The position numbers and the translations under genes were made by a program. A stretch of DNA of 64,000 bases from the human T2T-CHM13v2.0 reference genome, Homo sapiens: the NCBI RefSeq assembly GCF_009914755.1, contig NC_060930.1; one strand, given 5' to 3'. Below are positions 28,421 to 41,500 of the stretch, piece by piece. Under the pieces are notes generated by a model. The model did not search any database. It was not told where the DNA came from and saw only the letters and a list, made by a program, of their open reading frames with translations. Position 1 is the stretch's first letter; every line of letters starts with the position of its first letter.

Positions 28421-31400
28421 AAATGACATGGAGCATTTGGTCCATTGAGCACACACCACCATTACATGGTGGAACTGCTCCCATAGATCCATATCAGATG
28501 AGACTTGACCTATCCCTGTCTTCAAAAAATTTAAAGAAAGAGACTTCCCAACCTGAAGTCTTACTGTGTGTGCATTAAAGGAAACAAAATACAGAGCCAA
28601 ATAATTACTGAGATAACTAAAACAAAAGTGCTGTCATAGGACAGTCAGATAACAATATCTAGATTTTCTATTCATGATAATTGAATTAATTGGGCAGTTG
28701 TGTAATGCTGTACTTCACTTTGCTAGTACAAAATAATCCTTAAGAAAAAAGAGAAAAATGCACATTTTCATTTTATATTTCTTAACACAGAGACTTGGAG
28801 TCCTACAATTTGTAGAAGAACATCAATTCTCAGGAACACACAGCAAACAACCTTTCAATCAGTAAACTGTGAGATAACATTTGTTGATTATTTTTAATCA
28901 ACAAATTTTAAAGATTTAATGATTTAAAGATTTAATATGACCTTTTATAAAGGTATAAAAATTACTCCCCCTTTGTTTAATGGGAATAAAAATGCTGATA
29001 AATCACCCAAATAGGCATGAAGTCAGAATGTTTATTAAATCAGGTATTACCCAAAACAAAAGTAGGAATTAAGTCTTTGTTCTTAGTCCTTATTAAAAAT
29101 GCTCAACATCTTAGCTATAGTTACTTCATAATTTTACCATCTTAGCTGTGGATGCTTCGGGATTTATAAAAGAAGTCATATATACTCTTCACTTTTGCTT
29201 GTTAAGTAGTCCCACAATTACCTTAACAGTTCTTACACACTAGGGAAAAAAGACCAAAGGGAGGATAATTTTTGGGGTCATGGAAAGTTCCACTATCTGA
29301 CAATCTTCTGGCCAGGTCCTGTGGATGATTAATAACCCTCATGTTTTTTCATCTTAATATTTCTTGGTCCATACCCATAAAATTTTCCTGCTTTGTATTC
29401 ATTTTTTAAGTCTATAGCATTATTGGGATTTTATGCTGACTTCATAACCTTCAGAGTAACTGATCATAGCAAAATAGTTCCCTGCTTGCAGAGAGCAGCT
29501 CTCCATTGACCTCAATTTTAATGAATAAATTTTGAAAAAGAAAACATTTATTACCAATTGAGATAAGCAGCTCTGAAAGATTTTCACCAACAAGTAAAGC
29601 CCATTTTTTAAAAGTATAGAGCTCTTGAGGAGGCTGAATCTGATGTAACAACAATTCTGAATTATTTAGAACTCTAGATCATTTTGGACTAACTTTTAAG
29701 ATTCAAGTTACCCGACTGTGCTGCTAACTTCCTATTTACCTGTCTTCTTTCCTGACTAGATTGTAGGTTTCTGAAAAAGAAAGCCTGTGACTTATCTCTA
29801 TAACCCCAGTGCCAAGCACAGTGTCTGAAACAATGTAAGCACAGAATACATCTCTTTTGAGAATAATATTCATTGAAATAAGACAAATACAGGGAGGAGA
29901 AAGTTGAGAAGACACCTAGATATCTTTATAAATAACACATCATATGCACTTAGGAGGTGCATTAATTTCTTGAACTTAAAAGTTTAATGTTTCAGGAGCT
30001 AAAAACAAAAAGGGTAGGAGGTTGAGAATGAGATCTATGTGTGAGAGATTTTTAGTCAGAGAGGTGAAGGCTAAGAAAATATAATTATCATTTCCAAGGT
30101 CACAGGTAAAGAACAGTTTAAGAAAAAAAAAAGGAATGACTGGTTCTCCTTCTCCACTAGAAGAATAACAAATAGCAATCGCTTGTTTTAAAGAGAAATG
30201 AGAAAAAATTTTCTTCTGGAGAGACATTAAATAGTGAGTAAGTTACTAAGGAAATTTAGATATAACAGAGCTCCCTGAAGTGCGTAGATGAGACAACCCT
30301 CCACAATTTTTGGAGATACATTTTGTGAAACTCTATGCACAAAATATGATGCTTACGTTAAACTCTTTGGAGGTGTGTTAGAGCAGTAAATAGAAAAGGA
30401 GTTAATTCCCTATTTTATATGGCATTGCAAAATATAAGGCAGATACGGATTCAACTATGTAAAGTGCTTTTGCCTTTCTGTCAAAGACAGAGTATTTAAT
30501 ATAAAGGTGATAATGGGGTACTAAATGTTTGGCTCTCCTTTTGTAATGTAAAATTTCCAGTTATCAGTGGCCAGTGGTGTATACTACATCACTCATATTA
30601 ACTGAGAAAACATCCTTTCACCTTATGTATCAAGGGATTTATAATTGCCGTTTAAAAATAATAAAAGAGGGAGTAAATGATTTGTGAACCCACTGGACTT
30701 CTAATGGAAAAGCTTTCTACTGACCCAAGAAGGGCACTTGGATGATTATGGCTTCGATGTAGCTGGAACTACTTTAAATATTCATTGCACTTTAATGAAC
30801 ATGCTTTTCCTCTAATTGATATTATGTTAATACTGTTTGAATATGAGTTGACTTGCCACACTGATCTGGGGGAGCCAGGATCCTTACATGAATGAATGAG
30901 AGATCTCAGGTTTGCTAAAACTAGTAAATACATCTAGAAGAAGAGTATAACATTTTGTTTACAGGTGAAGAGACAGAAAACATGCAATTTGGCCGGAGAA
31001 TGTCAAGTAAGTCTTGTTTAAGCTAAGACTGATTAAAATTCTTTAATATCATGCTTTTAATATTCAAAACGTGACAGCTAAAAAGTCAAAGAGTAATTCA
31101 CTTTGTCGTTCATTAATTTGACATATACTTATCTCTTACTATATGCTTAGCAAAAGTATAGGTTAACAATGGATAACATTAATAAATTAGTTGCAAAATC
31201 ACAAACAAACAATGACCATCTCAGGATGCCTAGGAATTTAGTTTATCTTGATGGAAATCAGAGAGCTAATAACAATTTAATAAAAATCAAGTCTATAGTA
31301 AGTTTTAATATTTTACTTCATTAAGCTATGAAAATTTATTACTTTTGACCCTATCATCAACATAATAAATATTTACCATGAGTCTACATATTTCCTTTTT

Positions 31401-34400
31401 AAAATGAATGCCCTTGCATTAATGTGTTAAACTAGTGTGCCTTTTAAAGTGTCTCCGGACATATTTTCCCAATGATAAGCAATCCGGGACATCTTAGGAG
31501 CATAGCAAATTGATTAAGACACCATATTTCTAGCCAATATTTATAGATTAGGGAAGTACAGGAAAGGATAAAGTTGTTCCCTTTAGCTACAGAGCTCCCA
31601 TGGGGGCAACTTACCAGGCAGGAAAATGGTACCGTGGTACCTGGTGTCAGGGCAGATGTTCTCTCCTTTGAGACCCCAAACTTGGCCTGAAGCTGAGTTT
31701 CAGGGAAAGCAGCATGGGTGCTATTTTAAAGTGTTCCCTTATCCTCTCATCCCGTCCACAAAAGAGCTAGGTAAGATAGGGGGATCTTTCTTCGGTTTCA
31801 GGTTCTTTAGTATTTCTCAATTTCGCTATCCACTGGAATCATTCAAGGATCTTGAAAAACACCAATGCTTGGGTTCTTTCCCCAGATATTTTGATTCAAT
31901 CGATCTTAAGAGGGGCCCCAGACATTACATAATTGAAAAGTTCCTGAAGTGTTTCTTTGAAGAATCATTGAACTATACCAAGTGAAAAGGAGTAAAAATT
32001 ACTTAGTAATAGGATAAGCCACAAGGTACTCTTAGAAGCTTAATCTTGGATATAGTCCTTAACAAAGCAATTTACAGCATGTTGGAGTTGGCCTATAAAT
32101 AACTCAGGTCCTCCTAATTTCTATCCAAGGTTTTTCTTGAAACAACTGCTCCCCTGGAACTTGTTGACCTATATTTATATTTTGCTTTCTTAAGTTTACA
32201 TGAAAGTTTAAACTTATGGAAGCATAAATTTCATAAGTTTAAACTTATGAAAGCAACATTCTAAATCATACAAGAATTATTTCTCCCTACAGTTTCTATT
32301 AGCAAGTCAGAAGGTTTTACTTTCTTCCTTATGTCTGTTAAGGATTGTAAAATTCAGTCCCAAAACACTGCCCCAGAAGTATTCTAAAGTTACCAATAAA
32401 TGGTTAAGTAAATTACATCATAGCTACTTGGTGAACTTTTGTGCAACCGGTAAAATGATTATAAATATGCTTATGATAAAAAAATAAAAATAAATAGGAT
32501 AAAAAATAACATGCACCCTATGATGACAACCGTGTATTTTATAGTTAAAGGCTGGAAATAATTTTTTTATAGAATTAGTGCAGGGATGGTAAGTGATTTA
32601 TCACGTGGTTTCCTAATCTTCCAATGATGTTAGGATTCTGAGTTTATATTAATATAAACTAGCTACAATTTATTTTAAAAACTACCAAGTGCTAAAAATT
32701 TTGAAAATCTGCAGGGTGTATACTAACAATACCATTTTTTGATCCCAGAAAAGCTGAGGGACAAAGATGTTAAGTGTCACATCCAAAGTCATACAGCAAG
32801 TAAGTGGAGATATTTGATTCATAGATTTGTCTATTTCCTATGTGTTACCCACTTCATCATTATGTAAAAAATTTTAAAGACAGACTCGATCAATAACTGG
32901 CTCCCCTACTAGTCCATCAAGAAACAGGATCCACCCAGTAAAAACATTTGTTGCTTTAGTCTAAGTGGGTCTGATTGTCAATGGATGCTTATAAGTTTAT
33001 GATAAAACAATAAAAATAAATAGGATAAAAAAGACATGCAACCTATGATGACAACTGTGTATTTTATAGTTAAAGATGGGAAATAAATTTCCAGTCAATG
33101 AATTCACAGGATATTGAGCTGAGAGGGAAAGATGGGGAGTGAGAAGCTCTTATCAAGTTAGTTATCAATTACCAAAATATTTTTCAATCAAGAGGAAGAT
33201 GAGTAAGATAATATCAGTTTATAAACCACTTTTTAAGAGAAGTTAACTCTAAAAATATAAATTTGAACACTGCTTTGGAAGAGATACTCTAATAAGATGT
33301 GATTAGCTAATAAAAAAGTCTAAAGGCTCACAGCCTAGAAAGAATCCAATTCCTTAAAAACAATCCCCAAGGTGAAAATAATTGAAAGAATGAAATGAAA
33401 ATAAGAGCCAAGCTGCTAATATCAGCTTTATGTGCTACTCCCTCAGAGACGTATGCTCTATCTATAAAAGGGGGTCATTAAACTAGTTCAAACCCTGAGC
33501 TTCTCTCATTCCCCTGAGGTGTTCTTGCAGGGTGAGTATCTGTCTCCTGGGGCACTTACTGGCGCCCTACCCTCTCTGGCCTCATGCCTTGTTATGCAGG
33601 CTCTGCCTCACCTACCCAGGTCTTTGCCCTGTAGATACTGTCCCCTACATTGAATTGTACGGAAAGACTCAGTTCCTGGGAAGAAGAAATGACAAGCTAG
33701 GTTTTTCCCATGAAGGAAGGGTACTATGCAAGAGCCACATATGGAATATTAGGATGGTATCCAATGTTTCCCACTCTTAGTGGAAAAGTATGGTAAATGT
33801 TGAATTAAACAGATTCAGGCAACCAGAATCAGCACTAAATGAGAACTCCCTTCCTAAACAAATACATTTACATTTACTTCATTTCATCCGTCATTTACTG
33901 AAGGCTTTCTTATATGCAAAACTGTTTTTAAATTATGTGGAGAAGGCTATAAATGTAAACGAGATACAATACATATCCTCAAAAGCTTTATAAAAGGCTA
34001 CTTTCAAAAGCTTCATAATTTTGAAGGAAAATAAGAAAGGTTCTAAGTAACACATATACTTATTAGTGCTATAGTACAAATGTTAACAGTATGCTTCACC
34101 TTTGTTTTTAATGAAATTTTTCATACATAGAAAGGGTAACCTATACTGTCTAGGGGTTCAGGTTTTAGCCTGTTAATATTTTCAGTCTGTAACTTTTCAC
34201 TAATATGTGCCTGTCATTTATTTTCAGTAATCAAATTTTTCTGATGTATATATAGTTTCTATTTTCTCATAGTTAAATATAAAACAAAAGACATTTGGAT
34301 TCAGTGAAATCTTAATTGAGTGTACTTTCTTGGATATATTAAAACAATAAATGTAACTCGGGTTTCTTAAGGCCAGAGTATACAAAAGAGGTCATATTAA

Positions 34401-34669
34401 GAGTAACTTAAATTTCACTTGCTGGCATTCCCACTTGAATATGATGGGAGCTCTGGCCCTTGCAGACCTTCACCTATGCATTTCTAGGGGTCCTTAGAAT
34501 ACAGAATATGTTTCAGTAGTCTCCTCTAGGCCTTTCATGGTCTTCCTCTTCAACCTTCTGGCTGATGATCACTGCTGTGAGTTAGAACTGCAAGCACTGG
34601 TGACCATGTGACACTGAAGTCTGTGCTGAAGTCTCCAGATGTGATTCTGCAAGCTCTCATGGTGCCATT

Positions 34670-34836
34670 TTTGTCAGATCAAATATAGCACACCCAGTTA
34701 AATCTGAATTTCAGATAAGTAAAGAATGCAATATTTATTACATACTTAAACCAAAAAGTTATTCTTTAAAACAAAATCTGAAATTTAAATTTAACTGGGT
34801 GTCCTGTATTTTTACTTGCTATATTTGGCAACCCAT
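34670..34836. mobile_element. MER53 palindromic hAT MITE (partial)
   Basis: acacccagttaaatctgaatttcagat ... atctgaaatttaaatttaactgggtgt: internal inverted repeat, ending tggcaaccc. Confidence 0.8.
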
Positions 34837-35799
34837 CAGGTGCCCAAGCATATGCTCTCTGCAACCTTTCCTTAGCTGAAGCCACATGGGTGCTGTGTAC
34901 AGGTGGGTAAAAAGTCTCTCCCTCCCTCTTCTGGCGGCGGTTTTTTTTGTTTTTTTTTGTTTTTTTTGTTTTTTTTTTCTGAGCCCAAAGCTGTTGCTTG
35001 TGCCTCGTGTATCTCAGGACCACTCATGAAAATGGCTTTCAATGTCTTTCTGTAGCCAGAGCTTGGACAAATCATAGGATATCAGACTGACTGGAATGGG
35101 CTTTGGTTTGATTCCTTTACAACTTCCTTCAAGGACTTGCCCTGCAGATTTCCTTGCTGGTTATATCCTCCCAGGCAAATTAATTTATGCTAAGAAAGCT
35201 AAATGCCCTATTAGTTCATTAGACACATACACTTACACTTTAGTAGAGATTCACTGTACATTTATAACACAAGTTAGATGGAGACTAAGGGAACTACCTA
35301 CCTCTAAAGTACATGAAAATGCTTTCTACTTCTGGAAGTACTTAGAGAAGCTCCATGGAAAAAGTGGCTTTAAGGCCTCAGCTTTTAAGAGATATGTATG
35401 ATTTTGACTGTGCAATAAATTCCAAGCCAAAGGAAGAGTATGAATGATGATAAGAAACCAGGAAAGTTCAAGATGTGATTGTTTTTGTTTGTTGCAGCAT
35501 TTGATGTAATGATAACTGAAACTACAAGGGAACTTGAAGGCTGAGCTAAGGGAAGTTCTCAGTGGCCATGGTCAGGAGTTTGTAGTTTTTTCTTCCTGAA
35601 ATGGGAAGTGCTTGTAAGTGTTGGTTAAGGAAGAGAATAATCAAGAGATTCACATGATCTTGTAATGTAGACTAGGTTTAAGCCTGATAAATTATAGTGA
35701 GAAAGATTAGGTTGTCACTTGAATAGATAAATGACAATGAAGGCCTCAGGTAGAGACAGCCAAGAATGAAAATGAAAATATATTTGAAAAAAAGACTTT

Positions 35800-36122
35800 G
35801 GTTCTGAGCATTGGTAATCTGTTATAGTCACCAGAGGTGCCTTTAAAAGTCACAGTGCCTGGGCCATCTCCAGGTTAATTAAATCTGAATCTCTCTAGAT
35901 GGGATCCATGAAATCAGTATTTTTAAAGCTCCACTAATGATTTCTACACTCAGCCAAGACTGAGCACCCTTTAAGTGGAATCGGAATCAACTGCAGGGCT
36001 TGTTGGGCGCTAGCCCCAGTGTTTCAGCAGATCCCGAATTAGGTCTGAAAATTTGCATTTCTAACAAGTTCCCAGGTGATGACAATGCTGCTGGTCCAAG
36101 GACTACACTTTGAGAACTACTG
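35800..36122. mobile_element. Two adjacent MER5-family MITEs
   Basis: The second ends tttgcatttctaacaagttcccaggtgatg...cacactttgagaactactg-like. The first has aatctgaatctct...cagtatttttaaagctcc. Confidence 0.65.
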
Positions 36123-36884
36123 CTGTAGAATGATTATGGTCCGATGATTAATTAGATATTACTGTTTATATGTTTTGACTGAGTGGGGGAAACTTAATTA
36201 TAGATGACCGAGACACTGAGTCTGAGTTAATGGTAGCATAGAGATGCCATTGAAAAAGTTACAGATGTGGAAGAAAATAGCAGATGCTTGGCTTGAATGA
36301 GAATATTAAGAGAATGGATTCTGAGAAAAAAAATTATTAAAAAATATGCTTATGGGAATGGAAAAGAAAGTAAGCCAGCAAACGGTAGAGAACCATCAGA
36401 GAAATAGAAAAACCATAATCTCACAAAACCAAGAGGGAAGAAAGTGGTCAAGGCTAGCTCTATTTAGAATATCATAAAAATACAATCTTGAAAATACTTT
36501 CAGACCCAGTGCACACTGAGACAAGGGTCCAAGAGATCTTCCTTTGCTACTTTTAACTGTCCTTAGCAAAGAGAGGTCACATTCCGAATAATGACCTGCA
36601 GGCAGCTCCAGTTCTTCAGTGCAAAAGGCAGAAGGGTCTATGTCCATCTTATTACACTTACTAAGGAATTAATGAGGACTACCAAAAATAGGAGAGATTT
36701 TCAGCTTTGAGAGTTGAAACAAAAATGATTTTTAAATCTAATCATGAATTCAAAAGAAGGTAATTCCCTGTCTTCCGGATAAGGGCAGAAGGTCAATGCT
36801 GAAGGTCAACGCTCAAGAACTTAACCCACTAGCATTTGTTAAGAATGTATAATGAACCAGGTGCTGTTCTAAGCACCTTATAAT

Positions 36885-37040
36885 CTTCCTACTCAGAGTG
36901 TGGATCATGTACCAGCACCATCAGTGTCACTCGGGAGCTTGCTTGAAATGCAGACTCTCACTGCACTCCAGACCTACTGAAGAAGAATCTGCATTTTTAA
37001 CAAGATTCTTAGATGATTATTAGAGTATGAGAAGTACTGC
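36885..37040. mobile_element. MER5A1-type MITE nested in a MIR
   Basis: ctactcagagtgtggatc...gggagcttgcttgaaatgcagactctc...agtatgagaagtactg. Confidence 0.7.
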
Positions 37041-37127
37041 CTAAGGTATTATGAGCTGATTTAATACACTCAATACTGTAAGGTAAGGGCTATTATGAGG
37101 GAAGTGTTACAAAGAAGTTAAAAAATG

Positions 37128-37448
<321 letters not shown>

Positions 37449-37519
37449 TTAATGGGGGTAGGTCTGAGATGTAACACAATCTGGATATACAAACCCTGAC
37501 CTATGCTGACTCTCAAGAA

Positions 37520-37950
37520 ATTCATTACATGACCCTCAGCACTCACCACCATCACTCTTTAACCTCTATCCACAGTGTCTTTCCTTCAGTGCTTCTAGGG
37601 CACCACGTCCTTTCCATCATATTCTTTATTGTCTCTACCATTAACCCACCCCTGTGTGTTAACTCCCTCTCACCCGTCAGATCTCTGCTCACAGTCACTT
37701 TCTCAAGAAAACCGTTTTTTACCCCAAAACTTGGTATTCTATTCTCACAGCATCATGTATTTTTCATCCATGATAATTTGTAATTATGAATTTATCTATG
37801 TGATTGTGTGTGTGTGTGCTTTCTTTAACAAGACTCAAGCTCCCGGAGGGCAAGGACCACATCTGTTTTGTCTCACTGAATCTCCAGTGGCCAACACATT
37901 GCATGTGACTTAGCAGACACAAAAGTTTCCTAAATGAATGTGTATGTGAA
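37520..37950 (+). mobile_element. L2 3' end
   Basis: agctcccggagggcaaggaccacatctgttttgtctcactgaatctccagtg...aaatgaatg. Confidence 0.65.
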
Positions 37951-38244
37951 TGGCTTTTGAATCTTACCCACACGATGTCTGTCTTACCCACATTAGTATG
38001 GCCTGCACTGACAATCAGAACTGAACATGCTCACTCTCCATGTCATTAAAGGACCTGGTGAGGTAAGAGAACGGAGCTCAAATTTAAAGGGAAGAGTAAA
38101 CTTTGAGGCTGAACCCTTAACATCCAAACAAACTTCCATCTGTCATGAATACCTGATCTTCTTTCATAACCTCCTGAAACTATGAGAGCCCTTTACATAC
38201 CTTTTTAGCTTTCTAGAACCCAGAACCTATGCTCTGTCTTCAGT

Positions 38245-38541
<297 letters not shown>

Positions 38542-39324
38542 CACGCCTTCAGCCTTTGAAATGGCAAAGTTAGAAGATCCCAGGTGAGGTCTCTCCATGT
38601 TGGGAGGGGAGCTCCAGAAGAGAACCATCGACTGTTCCAACACAAATCCTGTAACTAAACACAATCCATTCATTTTTGAATGCTGTTCATCAGGCACCTT
38701 TCAGAGGCCCTGAATTCATCTCAATGACAGAAAATGAGACTTGATTTCAGTGAGAGGCTCTTCCATAATAATCCTGTCTGAAGAAAGCATAGATTACAAT
38801 GCCACTTTAAAGGTACACTCTTCTGTAATTTTGTGTTTCATTTTCCTCCAAATACTCCCATGTATGGTTCCCATATCTTGCGTTCTCATATAATATTAAC
38901 ATAATTGGAGTAACTAAGGTTTAATGCTGCCACTATTGTGAAATAACTGCAAAGGGACTTGAGAAAAATGCTGCTGATTTTTTTTTCTTAAAGAGATGGT
39001 TGGATTTAATTTCAACAGTTTTAGAAAATATTGAACGACTGTAATCAGCTTAAAGCTTAAACAGGTGACAGGCTCAACTGTAGATGATAGGGATGAGGGT
39101 TTTTCAATATAGAACAGCCTCTTGATAATTCTCCAGATACCTCTTCGGTGTTTCCATGATAACACCATGATAAACGATATGCTGAGAGTCTCAATTACCA
39201 TATTTTCTTATGGCATATTCAGTCTCAACAATATATGAGTCTTCCAAATCACATCATGAATTAGGAGTGCTGAGGTCAACCTTGAGTTTTAGATCTGAGC
39301 GTCTCTAACACAAAGGGGCATATT

Positions 39325-39460
39325 AATCATCTGGGGAGCTTGTTGAAATGCAGATTCTGATCAGTAGGTCTTTTGTAAGACCTGAGGAGTTTTAATTTCA
39401 AAGAAGCTCCCAGGTGGTGCTCATGCTGCTGGTCTATACAAAACACTTTGAGGAGCAAGG
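39325..39460. mobile_element. MER5-family MITE
   Basis: aatcatctggggagcttgttgaaatgcagattctgat...gctcccaggtggtgc...cactttgaggagca. Confidence 0.7.
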
Positions 39461-41259
39461 TCTTAGAAAACAAACTGAAATTAATTATGTGGCTTACAAT
39501 GCAATTTGGCATGCTTTTAAGTCAGAACCATTGCCTAAATACTTCTGCATGCCAGGGCTGTTGTAAATGTACCCTTGTCCACCAGCACACTGGCAGAAAC
39601 ACTCTAGAGAAATGAGTCATTCCATGATTCCACCCTGGGGAGGAGACTTGAGTGATTTGTTTAACTAAGTTAGGGAAGAAATAGATCTGCTGTCCAATCA
39701 AAAGGTGTCTTGGGCAAAACTAGGAGGTTGGAATTTTCATATTTCTTCTTTAAAAATATTTATATTGAGCCTATGTCTGGATGTATCTGAAACAGGTCTG
39801 GGCAAAAGCTGGTCAATTCTAGAACAGAATTAAAAGCAATGTGGTCAAATCACGGTGTAATCGCTAGTGGGTTAAAATGCAAAATATTCTGCATACACAA
39901 TGTATTTTGAAAAATGCAACATAAAGATTGCTTCACTTGTAATATAGAATTATTTAAAGTAGAAAAGATTAAGAAAATAAAAACGGTTAGAGTGCATTAT
40001 TGCTTATGGTGTCAGGACATGGAAAGAAGTATGGTATTTTTGGCGGGGTGGGGATGATCTTGGTCTCCTTATACACTTCCATCATGATGTGGGTATGTCT
40101 TTGAGTTCTACTCTCCACCCCCACCCCAAGTCCTTGGTGGTTCTGAACCACTAAAGGAAACTATCATCAGATAAGCTGAAGATAAGTAAATGGGAAGAAG
40201 AATGGAGAGAACGCTTTCTATCCCCACCCCCCACTTTTTTTTAACCCTCTTTTAATCCTTGACTTAGGAAAATAAAAGGAAGCTTAAAAAAGTACTTATG
40301 AAAAATTTACAACCAGATTTAAATCTGGTTTTAAGGCCTTGCTGAAACCAAGGAGCAGAAACTAGGCCCCAGTGCCAAGCAATTCTTTAGCCCACTTTGG
40401 GTGCTCAGAAAAATTCAATAAAAGAACTTATCCCAATAGGATGGCCAGGAAAAATATGTACAATAATTCAGTTGGGTGCTATGATCAAAGTCTTTCAGTA
40501 GCATCATTCAAATGGAAAAAAGCACATGTACTTTACTCCAGAAGAAAAACATACTAGAATATATCCCCAAATCCACTATAATGATAATTATCTACTATGT
40601 GGTAGAATGGTACCTAAGAATCATAGACTTTCATTGGCTGACAAGAATCCTGACAATCCCTGGCCTGACTCTATCATTTTACAGAGAAAGAAGCTGACGC
40701 CTACATTGGTGACGAGACTTGCCTAATGTCACACAATTGATCCTTAAAGAACTGAGAGTTCTAACCAGTACAGAAACCTAGGTCTCATAGAACTCAGGTC
40801 TCCTGAATATTTCTCAATTTAGAGCATATTGTGCTATCCCATAAATTTTTTTTTTCAGGCCATTTGAAGCCAGGAATACTCAAGCTTCTTTGGCACATAA
40901 GCCACTGGCTCAAAACTTTGGGCCAGGTTACAGGAATCTACTTTTAGCTAATCCTGGAGCCTTACCTTGGTTTGTTCTGACTTGATAGAAAATGATATTA
41001 AAGATGAAATCCTGTGCCAGTGAAGAATTTGCTAAACTCTCCACAGTAAGGGGATAGTAAGAATTTGCCCAAACTAGAAGCTTCACTCTGTGTCACCTTC
41101 CTATGAGCCAGTCACTCTGAGCAAGTAAGGGAAATAATGTGAAACATTAGTACTGGTATTTTGTCATGGATTTCAGATGTCAGGAATTAGAGCCCTACTT
41201 CTTTCTTAGTATAAAGGGCTGTTGTTACAGAGAATGATGGAGGATGTCATGGGATCTAA

Positions 41260-41500
41260 TATTGTATTGTGGTTAAGAATATGAGCTTCAGTACCCGACA
41301 GAACTGGATTTAAATCCAAGCTCCAGCAAGTACTAGCTTGGGGACTTCAAGGAAGTCAACCTCCTGGTCTTCAGTTTTCTTTCTTATAAAAATGGGAATA
41401 GAAATAATCCCCCTGACTTAAAAACTTGTAAAGATTAAATAGCATGTGTGTTTGAAACACCTAGCACCATGTAGGATACAAACTGAACATTCAGTAAGGT
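41260..41500 (+). mobile_element. MIR SINE
   Basis: gtggttaagaatatgagctt...ctggatttaaatccaagctcc...cagttttctttcttataaaaatgggaat. Confidence 0.75.

Noticed and set aside
34670-34836. MER53 hairpin as a miR-1302-like precursor
   Set aside because: The central part is deleted or diverged and the mature-like segment matches poorly. No expression evidence is available.
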